Origin: a virus
Taxonomy: Duplodnaviria; Caudoviricetes
Length of the DNA: 64,000 nt
Virus record (IMG/VR): IMGVR_UViG_3300048819_000142
Location: 32,001 to 96,000 of that record
Reading direction: 5' to 3' (one strand)
The position numbers were made by a program, and so were the translations under genes. This document shows, piece after piece, positions 19,901 through 29,020 of the stretch. A model generated the notes under the pieces. That model did not search any database. It was not told where the DNA came from and saw only the letters and a list, made by a program, of their open reading frames with translations. Position 1 is the stretch's first letter, and the number at the start of each line of letters is the position of its first letter.

Positions 19901-20686
19901 ACAGGAATTGTTGACGGCACGCTGACTATAACTGTTGTCGACGGAACACACTTCACTGTTAATGGCAGCTCGTGGCCTGGTGGCTCTCCCGGTGCGATTG
20001 GCACTGTTTCTGGTGGCGGCATGGCATACTACGATGCTAACCAAACAGCGGCTGCTAGTTCTTCCCTAGGCCATGCGTTGGGAGCATTCTTCACACAGGA
20101 CGACGATCCTTCGCTTGTGAATTCTGGCGCTGACGCCACCTTCCTAGCTGGTCGGGTCAAGGCGCACACGGACACAATCATTGCTGCAGTACTTACTACA
20201 TATGGTACCGCTAAGTTTGAATTATTGTTTCCGTTCGACGTAGATTTCTACACCTGCTATTATACTGATATCCTGCCATTTCCGCAGGGCGGCAGGATGA
20301 ACTTCGCTGTCAACTTGCCATCAGGCTGGAAGACGAAGAGTGGTAGTGGGTTTGATCGATTCAAGATTGAGGGACTATCGTGGGGAGCGACGTTTAGGAA
20401 CCTGGAGAATGCTAAAGTAACTGCTCAGTACCCGTACGCTGGACTGAGCTGGCCTAAGTCTGATATGCGGTACCTGATTCCGTGGTTTAACGGCGGGTGT
20501 CCATGGAGATCAGAATTCACGTTTAATAATCGGGTAGGAACTCCCTTCTTAAACTTCTGGGCGTTTGACCATTTCGTGCTCCTTAGTTGGGAAGTACCAC
20601 TGAAGCAGGTTTTCCCGCGATCCAATGCTCACGTCAAGAACAAGGTGTCGACTAGTGCAAGGCCCAGGGTTGTCCAAGTACGGTAA
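16958..20686 (+). CDS. Large virion tail protein with CBM5/12-like module and possible C-terminal TIM-barrel domain
   Basis: 1242 aa S/T/G-rich; WSSTHAYGIGDWVISGGHLYQ...PASSPTWW fits the CBM5/12 pattern; LQLGEIGHW/YYDA C-terminal region. Confidence 0.6.
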   Translation: MSEAIFKFQPHRTMYLRGFDRRGCSAAITNSSSSGFNVSGVFSDIADFVVLMLFDADDLFGHLYTTKYLPDFDLTGVIVDFDVAITNGMYPGSLKFPSVPWNAVSFLDTSNTLHSVPLNITSTSGLANALVTFTVVGSTPSIFDRVQLIYLGDTVFEYIVPGSHSVTMSYFGGTPLKVHSIKIGTNTYSYTESALGDPSNTVAINLAAVVNAGAGDTNGLATAVTNTIVVTANANTGITVVVGDAGTDGNGTGTLWVANSPTNFIAKNLATQINAATSSTVPLTATFTGATFTVTATVPGFDGNTIELMEIHKTSTLELSPSGNVKLASGADPSSFHVTIDFSSHPLIRQCWLTLAPNLPIDYTTTPTRTLEPFVPKEFLYKFSSLSITDPGSKTPLRVAGLDSIVCDSSNAQYAGSWTQASGFYHWGFAKYSSTAGSSVMIRYTCGVSHDLYLGTSLNSGGGTFSVTLDGSPLPDIDTFLNVGTPLQTRRVVTSGVAAGTHVLVLTVKFSGVTCFFDFLHAVSPSDVQDPATTYPDIGAAFDYDTDQTYKLSPQRSIWVARKAGFLGDLDLYSGVFFALKRIRLGGSFHQTVATLTGAFSWGTGFADGDGISCTVSGITFNVVVYPADTLVTIAQRFVNGINSMFVGIWADVDAVTPGKFAITSLTPINGFTITFSYTPSSPSWSSTHAYGIGDWVISGGHLYQGLMAANTNNTPASSPTWWQDFGVIGSITSAGDVLAGNEGTWQVDSSQSSPINRAFSDFLGNFCAELLANSMTCTVAWSQELLNPPDDNTTSGAWVQRFSDGSLVLTSTGFGTWGAGFVEANSGGNIQQTGHGYSTGFIVNIASGSGSGSWVITVTDADSYSLTAELANSGSYTPTAGDSTSAELQTVQCAFNPSTVTPYMQNVYLQTASIMSSASATPSLQLGEIGHWFFSKPTVYAGSIVNSLAISGFADSSGLVEVQTPVAHGFSTGQTAILAGTGIVDGTLTITVVDGTHFTVNGSSWPGGSPGAIGTVSGGGMAYYDANQTAAASSSLGHALGAFFTQDDDPSLVNSGADATFLAGRVKAHTDTIIAAVLTTYGTAKFELLFPFDVDFYTCYYTDILPFPQGGRMNFAVNLPSGWKTKSGSGFDRFKIEGLSWGATFRNLENAKVTAQYPYAGLSWPKSDMRYLIPWFNGGCPWRSEFTFNNRVGTPFLNFWAFDHFVLLSWEVPLKQVFPRSNAHVKNKVSTSARPRVVQVR

Positions 20687-20787
20687 GTTTAATGTGTCCT
20701 GGACAATACATCTTGTGTTAAAATTGTTTAAGTTAGGGGCCCGAACTCCAATTCGGGGCTCCTCTCTTTGAGGGTCGATATTTGACG

Positions 20788-21240
20788 ATGGATCGATCAA
20801 TCATGACAGAATACCGGGATGAAGCTATCGACGCTTCGAAATTCCTTGTTGGCGTGGCCGTCTCACTTTTCATGAAAATGCCACACGCGCTACAAGTTTT
20901 ATTCTGGGTAATGATAGCGGACCTGATTTCGGGTATCATTGCCAGTGGTATCAAGAAGCAGCTCTGCAGCGCACGCGGGTATGTTGGGGCTAAGAAGAAA
21001 ACCCTGATGTGGATCATGCTTGGCGTGGCGCACTTGGCGAATCAGACTATTAACTTCGGAGTCGATTTTGACTCAGCGCTGGCGATATACTTCATCATCA
21101 ACGAGATCTTGTCTGTGGCTGAAAACTGCAATCGTGCAGGAGTTAAGCTACCGGATTGGTTGGAGACGAGGCTTGTTGCTGCGAGGGATATGGATCCTGG
21201 TGCGGGTGAACACGGCAAAACAAAGTCGCAAAACGCTTAG
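20788..21240 (+). CDS. Holin (phage holin 4 family-like)
   Basis: TM segments; ADLISGII...S..G..G.KKK...YFIINEILSVAEN..RAGVKLPDWL signature. Confidence 0.85.
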   Translation: MDRSIMTEYRDEAIDASKFLVGVAVSLFMKMPHALQVLFWVMIADLISGIIASGIKKQLCSARGYVGAKKKTLMWIMLGVAHLANQTINFGVDFDSALAIYFIINEILSVAENCNRAGVKLPDWLETRLVAARDMDPGAGEHGKTKSQNA

Positions 21241-21267
21241 TTAATTCGGACACACTCAACAGAGAAT

Positions 21268-21372
21268 TTTTGACCATAGGTCAATATCTCTTAGGTTCAT
21301 TGGTTTCACAGACATTCATCTTCGTTGCGGAGGGGATGACCAAAATGACATACTGCCATCACCTTGGTCATC
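21268..21372 (+). repeat. Dispersed conserved element, copy 1
   Basis: TTTGACCATAGG-N43-GTTGCGGAG-N3-ATGACCA followed by an inverted repeat. Confidence 0.8.
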
Positions 21373-21428
21373 CTTGAGTCCACTTGATATATCGCAGATA
21401 TACACTACCGACTCAGTATTTATTTGCC

Positions 21429-22928
21429 CTAGATCCCTTCTCCGATTAGCCAGCGCCAATTGGAGGAAACGATTTCATCGGTCAGTTTTTTCTTGTTCTT
21501 CAGTACACGGATGATCTTGTCGTCCACGGTGCCCCTGGTGCGTAGATCAATGTACAACACAGAGGGATTCTCGCCCGGTGCATGTATTGCGCCCTTCTGC
21601 CCGATTCGATGCGCACGATCTTCAGACTGTTCCCTGGCCTCCAGATTATAGCTGTTGGAGTAGTATATAACGGTTGTGGCTTGCGTCCATGTGTTGCCCC
21701 ACTTACCTGTGTCGGGATTGGAGACCATGAATCGGACCGGGGACTCTGGATCCTGGAAAGCTTTTTTCGCGTACCGCCTATCGTCATCATCGGTATCACC
21801 ATAATACTCGACGACCGACTGCTTGCCGAATTTTTCGTGAATACCAGCGAGAATCTGCCGTATGTTGTAGCGATAGTTGGCCCAGATGATTACCTTGCCA
21901 GGGGCCTGGCCGAGGAGGTTCATCAGTGTCTCAAGCCTCTCGTTTGGCTCACCGAATGGGACCTCCTCCATGTGGTCCGGCTTCAAGAACCCGCAGGCAA
22001 TCTGGTGAAGGCGAAGGAGCTGGGTAATGACCATTTGTGCGGTAACCTGAGACCCGTCCTCGAGCATCATGTAAGCGTCTTCCAACATCTTATTGTATGC
22101 TTCGGTCTGCCTTGGGCCCATGCCGATGTCAATGGACTGGTAGACCTTCGGAGGAAGATCCAGGCAATCAGCCTTCTTGATAATGAACGAGAACTGGCGC
22201 ATCAATCGCTTGAGCGCCTCCAGATCTCGGTAGCCAACCACCTTGTTGAATGATTGCTTGCCGAGTTTTTGCTCTTGCATGACTGCGAATCGGTTACGGT
22301 ACGCAAAGTAATTCGCGAAGCCCATCTGGTTGCGCTTCAGGAATTCGCTCTGACTGTACAGATCCAACGGGCCGTTGGGTATTGGATTACCGCTGCAGAT
22401 TCGTCGGTACTTGGCATACTTCCCGACGTTGATCATGATCTTTGTGCGTTTCGCATTGGGATTCTTGATCGTAGTTGATTCGTCGACGGTCGTTATCGTC
22501 GGAAATTTCTGCATAAACTTGACGACCTCTTCGACCGCCTTCTCACTGTTCATCGCCTCGATGTTAACCACCAGTGTCCTCAGGAAGTTGCCCTCCTGGT
22601 AGAGTTTGCGAATAGCGTCCCGCTCATCCTTCCTGGCATAGGACGACCAGTAGGCAACCTCATGCTTCACTGCGTCAGTCATGTGGGTTGGGAGCTCACT
22701 CTCTACCCAGTTCAAGTACACGCCCTTGGGGGCGACGATTACCTGCCCTTGCACTTTTCCTGACATGTGGAGGTATGCCGCGTTGTCGATGATGACCTTG
22801 CTCTTTCCAGTGCCCATCTCCATAAAGAGTGCATAGGATTCCCGATCCTTGCACAGGCGCCAGCAGTCTAGCTGGTGCTTGTAGGGGTCCTTCTTGAACG
22901 GAAATTCTGTGTACGTTATCTCACCCAT
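21429..22928 (-). CDS. SNF2-family helicase
   Basis: FMEMGTGKS Walker A, VDES motif II, SGNPIPN, EQSEDRAHRIGQ motif VI; start taken at MGEITY. Confidence 0.9.
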   Translation of the reverse strand: MGEITYTEFPFKKDPYKHQLDCWRLCKDRESYALFMEMGTGKSKVIIDNAAYLHMSGKVQGQVIVAPKGVYLNWVESELPTHMTDAVKHEVAYWSSYARKDERDAIRKLYQEGNFLRTLVVNIEAMNSEKAVEEVVKFMQKFPTITTVDESTTIKNPNAKRTKIMINVGKYAKYRRICSGNPIPNGPLDLYSQSEFLKRNQMGFANYFAYRNRFAVMQEQKLGKQSFNKVVGYRDLEALKRLMRQFSFIIKKADCLDLPPKVYQSIDIGMGPRQTEAYNKMLEDAYMMLEDGSQVTAQMVITQLLRLHQIACGFLKPDHMEEVPFGEPNERLETLMNLLGQAPGKVIIWANYRYNIRQILAGIHEKFGKQSVVEYYGDTDDDDRRYAKKAFQDPESPVRFMVSNPDTGKWGNTWTQATTVIYYSNSYNLEAREQSEDRAHRIGQKGAIHAPGENPSVLYIDLRTRGTVDDKIIRVLKNKKKLTDEIVSSNWRWLIGEGI

Positions 22929-23141
22929 GTCTGTGCATCCCCGAAGATTAGCCTCTCCACGTTCTTCCTTGGCATAGAGGCTAAGTAAGAACTTTGTCTT
23001 TGGGCTCGGGCGACAGCTCGTCGCCGGCCCCATGCTCGAAAAAACCGAACTGTTGCTGTGAACATAAAGGTTATAAGTTTAAGGTGGTGTTACCATTGTA
23101 ACATACTTTTAGCTGTATGTTTCTATGTACCGCAGCGGACC

Positions 23142-23175
23142 TGACCATATTTGGTCATCTGACCATATTTGGTCA
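23142..23175. promoter_or_regulatory. Tandem palindromic operator-like site TGACCATATTTGGTCA x2
   Basis: Exact 16-bp duplicate (23142-23157, 23160-23175), each TGACCA-N4-TGGTCA, between the UvrD and SNF2 genes. Confidence 0.65.
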
Positions 23176-23182
23176 CCTGTTT

Positions 23183-24697
23183 TCAAAAATCGAAGTTGAG
23201 GTTCGTCCTTGGCATGACGAGGTTTAAGGACTGCCTGCACCTTGTCGCCGCCACATACCACACTCGCACCTCATCGTCGTAATTGGTCTGCATGTTGTTG
23301 TGGCAGCGGTAAGACATGTCAGTGACGAGTAAGACGTGGTCAGCCTGACCGCCCTTTGACGCATGAATTGTGCTGATCTTAATTCGTGGTTCCTTGAGGA
23401 GCGATTCCTTGCGTCGTAGAGCCGCGCGGAAGAATTCTCGTTCCTTGTCCGAGATCTTAGCCAGCGCTGTGTACCACACATCCTGGGTCCTCAACCCCAG
23501 GCGCACGAGCTCTGGCATCGAGTACATACGGTCATTCTCGTCAGCCTTTAATTTCTTCATCAGCACGGTCGAGGTCCAGTGAGCTGGAATATACTTCAGT
23601 GTCTCTAAGACCCGTTCCGCAGATTCTTCATTACCTTTACGTAAATTCTCCCAGACTCGAACTGCCGATAGCGCAGGACTCTTCAGCGGGTCGCGGTTCA
23701 CAGAGTTAAAGGAGAACCCCTGGCTCATGCACCAATCCTCTAGTTCATCGAGCATGTAACCGTTCCTGGCAAGGAGGAGCCATGTCCCCTTGGATAGGTC
23801 TACCTCTTCGATGTTGCCGAACCAGTTGACCGATCCTATCTCTAGTCGTGGCGCCCAGATCTTTGGGCGTCGTTGGGAAATGCGATTGGACACAGAATCA
23901 GCAAGCGTGTGGACGGTGCTAGGTATCCTGTAGCTTATATCCAGGACACGCGCCCTACCGGGGAGGTTTATGAATTTTGATACATCTGCTCCACTCCATT
24001 TATAGATGGCTTGGTCGTCGTCTCCTGCTACATATACTTCTTTCGCATTGGTCGAGATCAGCTCGACAGCGTCCCACTGAAGAAGACTCAGGTCCTGAGC
24101 TTCGTCAATAATTAGCACGTCTAGTTGAGGCAGTGTGCTTACTTGCGATAGGCAAAATCGCTCGAGTAGATCTGTGAAATCTGACAGGCTCCTGCTTCTC
24201 TTGAAGGACTCAAGGGCTTTTGCAAATCGGTCAAGTTCCCACCAGTCAATCTCGTCCTCGAACGCCTCGTTCCAAACGTCCTTCAACGGTCGCTTGATAT
24301 TGCGCGCGAGACCTTCGAGGAACAGCATCCGGTCTGCTGAGTTCATGCCGTATACGTCGTCTTCCGCTATCTCGCCTCGGCCCTTGAAATCGATACCGAG
24401 CATTCTACCGAGTTCCCTAATGTGCGGCCACCCCACCATCTGGTCTCGACGCATTCCAAGGTACTTGAATGCCATCGAATGCAGGGTCCTGAAGTGTGGG
24501 AGATCTTCAGGAGCAATGCCAAACTTCTCAGATGCCCTTGACTTACCTTCTTCAGCAGCTTTCTTAGTGAAGCTGATGAACCCGATCTTGTTCGGTTTGA
24601 TACCGCGTGCCAGGACGCCTTCCACGACTTCAAGCAGCGACGTGGTTTTCCCAGTTCCCGGCGGCCCAACAATAATGTTAGTGTTTTTGGAGTTCAT
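23183..24697 (-). CDS. UvrD/Rep-like SF1 helicase
   Basis: GPPGTGKTT, IIDEAQD, AGDDDQAIY, STIHASKGGQAD, YVAATR. Confidence 0.92.
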   Translation of the reverse strand: MNSKNTNIIVGPPGTGKTTSLLEVVEGVLARGIKPNKIGFISFTKKAAEEGKSRASEKFGIAPEDLPHFRTLHSMAFKYLGMRRDQMVGWPHIRELGRMLGIDFKGRGEIAEDDVYGMNSADRMLFLEGLARNIKRPLKDVWNEAFEDEIDWWELDRFAKALESFKRSRSLSDFTDLLERFCLSQVSTLPQLDVLIIDEAQDLSLLQWDAVELISTNAKEVYVAGDDDQAIYKWSGADVSKFINLPGRARVLDISYRIPSTVHTLADSVSNRISQRRPKIWAPRLEIGSVNWFGNIEEVDLSKGTWLLLARNGYMLDELEDWCMSQGFSFNSVNRDPLKSPALSAVRVWENLRKGNEESAERVLETLKYIPAHWTSTVLMKKLKADENDRMYSMPELVRLGLRTQDVWYTALAKISDKEREFFRAALRRKESLLKEPRIKISTIHASKGGQADHVLLVTDMSYRCHNNMQTNYDDEVRVWYVAATRCRQSLNLVMPRTNLNFDF

Positions 24698-24861
24698 TTC
24701 TGTAAATCCAGGCCATACGTAATGATGACAACTATTCCTCTGTTTTTTAGGTCCGTGGCGATGTAGTCGGGCAACGGCTCCCTATCCCCAGATTTATGCT
24801 TGCCTCCATACGACGTTATATACTCAACAACGTGGTACAGGGTTTTAGAGTGCTTCTTCAT
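24694..24861 (-). CDS. Small hypothetical protein
   Basis: MKKHSKTLYHVVEY... fills the gap between primase and helicase with overlapping start/stop. Confidence 0.45.
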   Translation of the reverse strand: MKKHSKTLYHVVEYITSYGGKHKSGDREPLPDYIATDLKNRGIVVIITYGLDLQK

Positions 24862-26377
24862 TGTTCTGCGCCTCGTCAGGTATGGGGAATCCTTCTGTTT
24901 GCTTAGCAAACTCTGGGATCGACCAGTAGTTGACGCCACGACCCTTTATGTTGTTGAAGTGGTGCTCAGCACCTGCGTCCTTAAGCATGGACGCAATCTT
25001 CGTACTCTTGAATTCGAAAAACTTGTGGCGACTCAGGAATGCCAGCATATCGGCCATCCTAAAGAATGTCCTACCCTTCTCGGAGAAAGGCTTGCCAAGC
25101 ACTATCTCCTCCAGGTTTAAGGCTTGCGCCCTACCCGTGCAGAACTTCTCCATCATTTCCCAGAATTGTCCTTCTGGAGAAGCGTCAACTGGCGCTTCAA
25201 TAACCGTCACAGTATCCATTGCGTGCTGGACAGCTGCTTGCCAAGCAGGTGCGCCTGGGACTTGAGGCATAACATTTAGGTAATCCATGCAGCGTCGTTG
25301 AAACGCCCTGGGGTCCTGGATATCGGCTGTTGATAGCTCCATGCGAACGCCGTCAACCGTCCAAAACCAAATAGGCGGCTTTGTGTTCAGCTTAGTCATT
25401 CCACCGAGCGCTGGGAATCTTCCGGTAGTTCCACTACCGACACCAAATTTTCTTGTCCTACATAGGGCTGCGTTACAGTGCTGTGCTATCGGCTGCTTCG
25501 TACATCCGTACGAGAAGTCCTTCTTACGGAGCGACTTAATCAGCCCCTGTACCTCTGGCATGGTAAGGGGTGGTTGCATGAACTTGTGATTGGCTTCGTC
25601 TAAAGCCGTCTCCCAGTTATCCGGATCAGACCTCTTCAGGAATACGCCAATGTTGTACAGGCCGTCGTTACGCGTTCCTGCTGGATACCCAATTTGTGAA
25701 AGTGCTTGTAGACAGGGGGGTCCATCCTCGAACTCCTTCGCAACGACCAAGAGTTCCCTGAACCACTTGGTCGGAGCAAGGTTATCGTATGCATACTCGA
25801 GGAACTGTTCGGGGGACATTGCATCTCCCTCAGTAGTTACACAGTACCTCATTCCTCGAATGCCGTTAAAGTACGGCATGTTGATCCACTGACCAACGTC
25901 GCCTTGATCAGCCAGTATCTGAGATTGCTTTGGGAAGATCTCAGAACCGCCAAAGCCAAGGAATGCGGCAACTTCGCCCAACTTGGACTTCATGGTTGAG
26001 GCGAGAACTGGTTCAAACGAAAAGCAGTAGATATGCGCGCCACCGGACTTAGTTCTGCAGAGTACTAGCGGGAGACCTAGTCTCACGATCTTTGCAGCTA
26101 TGGCCCGAAGATCCAGGTTGTAGATGTCGACGTCGATAGCCCCGAACGAGGCGTGATTATCGTCCTTGATCGGTATGATTCCCAAGCCTTGTTTGCCAGC
26201 AAGGTGGGCTTCCCACAAGTCTTCAACTACTGCGCCACGGATTGTTTTTGCGGCCCCTACTTTTTTACCATCGCCTTCTCTTACTGCGTTTATATCGTAA
26301 GTACCATAGGCCCGATCCATGCCCGCGAACAAGCGCATGAATCGCTCGGCCAAGGCAGCTGTTACTGGCCGATCCAT
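24845..26377 (-). CDS. DNA primase (AEP-like catalytic region plus PriCT-like domain)
   Basis: FGAIDVD, RTKSGGAHIY, EIFPKQ, INMPY; GPPCL...GTRNDGLYNIG. Confidence 0.8.
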   Translation of the reverse strand: MDRPVTAALAERFMRLFAGMDRAYGTYDINAVREGDGKKVGAAKTIRGAVVEDLWEAHLAGKQGLGIIPIKDDNHASFGAIDVDIYNLDLRAIAAKIVRLGLPLVLCRTKSGGAHIYCFSFEPVLASTMKSKLGEVAAFLGFGGSEIFPKQSQILADQGDVGQWINMPYFNGIRGMRYCVTTEGDAMSPEQFLEYAYDNLAPTKWFRELLVVAKEFEDGPPCLQALSQIGYPAGTRNDGLYNIGVFLKRSDPDNWETALDEANHKFMQPPLTMPEVQGLIKSLRKKDFSYGCTKQPIAQHCNAALCRTRKFGVGSGTTGRFPALGGMTKLNTKPPIWFWTVDGVRMELSTADIQDPRAFQRRCMDYLNVMPQVPGAPAWQAAVQHAMDTVTVIEAPVDASPEGQFWEMMEKFCTGRAQALNLEEIVLGKPFSEKGRTFFRMADMLAFLSRHKFFEFKSTKIASMLKDAGAEHHFNNIKGRGVNYWSIPEFAKQTEGFPIPDEAQNNEEAL

Positions 26378-26482
26378 TCGGTCGTTCCCCTAAAATAGTG
26401 GGCAGGATCCCTGGTCCGAACGGGGATCCTGCCTTGGTCTTCAAGCTCGGGAGCTTGTCGGAAAGAGACCTGTGGATCGCTC

Positions 26483-27388
26483 CTAGAAGGGTACTCCTTC
26501 GCCGGCGCCCGCATGACCTTCCGCGTCTCCGACTTCGCCGTCGAATTCCTGCGGAGGAGCAGAGACACGGACGTTTCCGGACTCGACCTGCTTCGCGAAT
26601 TCCCTTGCCATCTTATAGATGCTGACATCCTTGACCTGACCTTCGGAGATGATATTCCATCCGAACCAGTCGTAGGTGTCCTTCGCCTCGCCAACTGTCG
26701 TCAGGCGATACACATGGCTGTAGGACGGCGGATTGAAGACCCGGTTCTGTGCGTCGCGGAACATGATCCGGCGCATCACTGTGTTCCATGTCCTTGACTT
26801 CTTCAACTGCGTCGACGCCATCGAGATGACGGCGAATTCAGGGAACCCAGACTCCTCGTGCAGGACGAGTCCGAAGTGGTACGCGGTATCGATGATGATG
26901 TCCTTGCTCTCCGGGTCCCAAAGTTGACCGCGGTCGTTTCGGGGGAATTTCTTCAACGCCGGATCATTCTCGAGGTAGTGGCAAACGAGACCGCCGCCCG
27001 AGTCTCGGTTCTTCCAGCGCACTGCCTGCTTCTGATAGCCGCAGGGAATGAACAGGATTCCACCCGGGTCGTCGTCGGTCGCTTCTCCCGGTACGCACTT
27101 GCCCGTCACTGTGTTCATGATCATGCCGGACTCCGCACCCTTGATGTGCTTAGCATTTGCGCGGCTGACCTGGGGACTTCCCTTCTGGAGGATGGAGATA
27201 AACGGGATAGCAAAGTCGTTGGCGCCGAGATTCGCCAGACCACCACCAGCATCTTCCTGGAACATGTCCATTGAGGGAGCGACCACGACCATCTCGGTGG
27301 CGTCCCCGATCTTCTCAACTGCCGTTTCCTGAACCACTTCTTCGACTGGCGCTGCCGTAGCAGGCGCTATACCTTTCTTAGTTGCCAT
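26483..27388 (-). CDS. Putative ssDNA-binding protein
   Basis: IPFISILQKGSPQ, ISMASTQLKKSRTWN, acidic tail ending GVPF; replication context. Confidence 0.6.
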   Translation of the reverse strand: MATKKGIAPATAAPVEEVVQETAVEKIGDATEMVVVAPSMDMFQEDAGGGLANLGANDFAIPFISILQKGSPQVSRANAKHIKGAESGMIMNTVTGKCVPGEATDDDPGGILFIPCGYQKQAVRWKNRDSGGGLVCHYLENDPALKKFPRNDRGQLWDPESKDIIIDTAYHFGLVLHEESGFPEFAVISMASTQLKKSRTWNTVMRRIMFRDAQNRVFNPPSYSHVYRLTTVGEAKDTYDWFGWNIISEGQVKDVSIYKMAREFAKQVESGNVRVSAPPQEFDGEVGDAEGHAGAGEGVPF

Positions 27389-27406
27389 TTGCTCTTTCTG
27401 TTCTCC

Positions 27407-28024
27407 TTACTTCTTGACTTTGATGGATGCGATCTTCTTGACGTGAATTGAGAACACGTCGGTGGGAATCGGTAACCCTTCTTCTAACTGCTTTCGGACA
27501 AAAGCTTTCAGGGTCGAGGGATGCACTGACCTTGAACTTGTGAAACTGTACCCCTGGGTAGACAAAATATCAGCGAGCCGTTTGGCCTCGGCGTCCTGAC
27601 CTTTACCGAACGGGCACTTCACTTCGTTCTTGATGATGCCGTCGTTGCCGGTTGCCTCCAACCACTCAAAGGCATCTTCCCGATTTTCTTCGGTAATACC
27701 AGCGTATACGTCCTCCTTGATTGTGACGAGAGAACCATCGAGCAGCTTAAACTCCGACAAGCCAAACGCTTGCACAGCATTCGGTAAGTCGTACTCCTTG
27801 ACCTTCGACAGTTCTTCTTTCTTCTTCTTGAGTAGAGCCTCGAGCTCGGGGACGCTGGGGTCCATGAGTTCGAGGTCTGCGATGACTGCTTCATCGAGGC
27901 GTGACTCAAGCTTAAGCTGCTTGTTAGCCAGGTCCCCGACTGATCTCAGGTCGGCGTCAGAAGGCGGCCGGATCGCCTGCTGCTGTTCGATAGCGTCCTG
28001 CGCTATCAGCTCATCGATGTTCAT
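27407..28024 (-). CDS. Conserved phage replication-module protein
   Basis: AFEWL...G.DGIIKNEV and VHPSTLKAFVR motif, common upstream of SSB-like genes in PolA phages. Confidence 0.55.
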   Translation of the reverse strand: MNIDELIAQDAIEQQQAIRPPSDADLRSVGDLANKQLKLESRLDEAVIADLELMDPSVPELEALLKKKKEELSKVKEYDLPNAVQAFGLSEFKLLDGSLVTIKEDVYAGITEENREDAFEWLEATGNDGIIKNEVKCPFGKGQDAEAKRLADILSTQGYSFTSSRSVHPSTLKAFVRKQLEEGLPIPTDVFSIHVKKIASIKVKK

Positions 28025-28031
28025 GGCTTTG

Positions 28032-28226
28032 TTAGTCCTTAAATAGCACGGCACGAACTGCGCAATCCTTAGCTTCAAGGAGTTTGCGGAACGCAGAAGT
28101 CTTTTCGGGGTTGGATGGGAGAGCTTTTTCTAGCTCCTTTGCAAGTTCTCCAAAAGGCTTACTAACCTCTTGAAGATGCGGTGGAAGATGGCTATATTCA
28201 AAAAACTGAAGCAACGAATTTTTCAC
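28032..28226 (-). CDS. Small helical-hairpin phage protein (candidate anti-defence)
   Basis: FFEYSHLPPHLQEVSKPF...PEKTSAFRKLLEAKDCAVRA; own -10 (TATAAT) and AAAGGAG RBS. Confidence 0.65.
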   Translation of the reverse strand: MKNSLLQFFEYSHLPPHLQEVSKPFGELAKELEKALPSNPEKTSAFRKLLEAKDCAVRAVLFKD

Positions 28227-28284
28227 TTTTTATTGACTCCTTTCAATTATATAACGCGGGAACACTTGGAAGTCCCGATATGTC

Positions 28285-28719
28285 TCAGTGCGGTAGCCCA
28301 AAGACCGCTCGCTTAACGCCCTCCCATTTGAAGGGTTTATGGCACTGGAACAGTGGTTCTGGTAGCTCGTCCTTGTGTATTGAGAATGACTTGCTGTCAG
28401 TGCCGGGAATGTGCGTGGACATCATGACGGCTCTACCTTCCCACACAATCATGTCGTCGTCCTTGCGGGCCACGATGAGTACTCGCCCGCCAACCCCTGT
28501 CCTCTTCATAATCCAAGTTTTCTGGCTGTTGCGAAAATATAGCCGATTCCCGTGCATGACTTTCAACTCTAGCCATGCCTCGACGCCGCCATGACAAGCT
28601 GTCACGTCTGATATACCAGTTCCCGCCGTATTCTCTATTCGAGATAGGTGGGTGTCATCAGACTCCAGTCCGGCTTTGACCTGTTGCCAGAAGTAGCTTT
28701 CCTTGACTTGTACGCTCAC
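28285..28719 (-). CDS. PD-(D/E)xK nuclease, VRR-NUC/resolvase-like
   Basis: ES.FW, RIEN...GISD...WLELK...Q..W...GG. Confidence 0.8.
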   Translation of the reverse strand: MSVQVKESYFWQQVKAGLESDDTHLSRIENTAGTGISDVTACHGGVEAWLELKVMHGNRLYFRNSQKTWIMKRTGVGGRVLIVARKDDDMIVWEGRAVMMSTHIPGTDSKSFSIHKDELPEPLFQCHKPFKWEGVKRAVFGLPH

Positions 28720-28910
28720 GGCAATGTCTCCTCTTCTGCACCTGCGGAATACATCATGAGCTCTTCATCTTCTTCACCAGCCATCGCTGTATTGCCTCCT
28801 GCGCGCATTTTTCGTGGACCCACAAGACTCGCAACGTCGACCCAGCGACCGCACTCTCTGTACGAAAAAGGTCCAGCATCCATTCGTATTCTTTGATTGT
28901 CCGTGTGCAT
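28716..28910 (-). CDS. Hypothetical protein (frame ambiguous with 28754..29017)
   Basis: Stop overlaps next start; the competing ORF 28754..29017 has a CAIC...HEKC Zn-like motif. Confidence 0.3.
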   Translation of the reverse strand: MHTDNQRIRMDAGPFSYRECGRWVDVASLVGPRKMRAGGNTAMAGEEDEELMMYSAGAEEETLP

Positions 28911-29020
28911 ATTGCGCAGTCCCTTGGTATCTTATCTTGTCTGTATGCCATGTTGTTCGGGACCCAGACTCCAGTGTCCAGGGCCAGCGTACGCGCCATA
29001 AGCTCCCTGGCCCTCACAGA

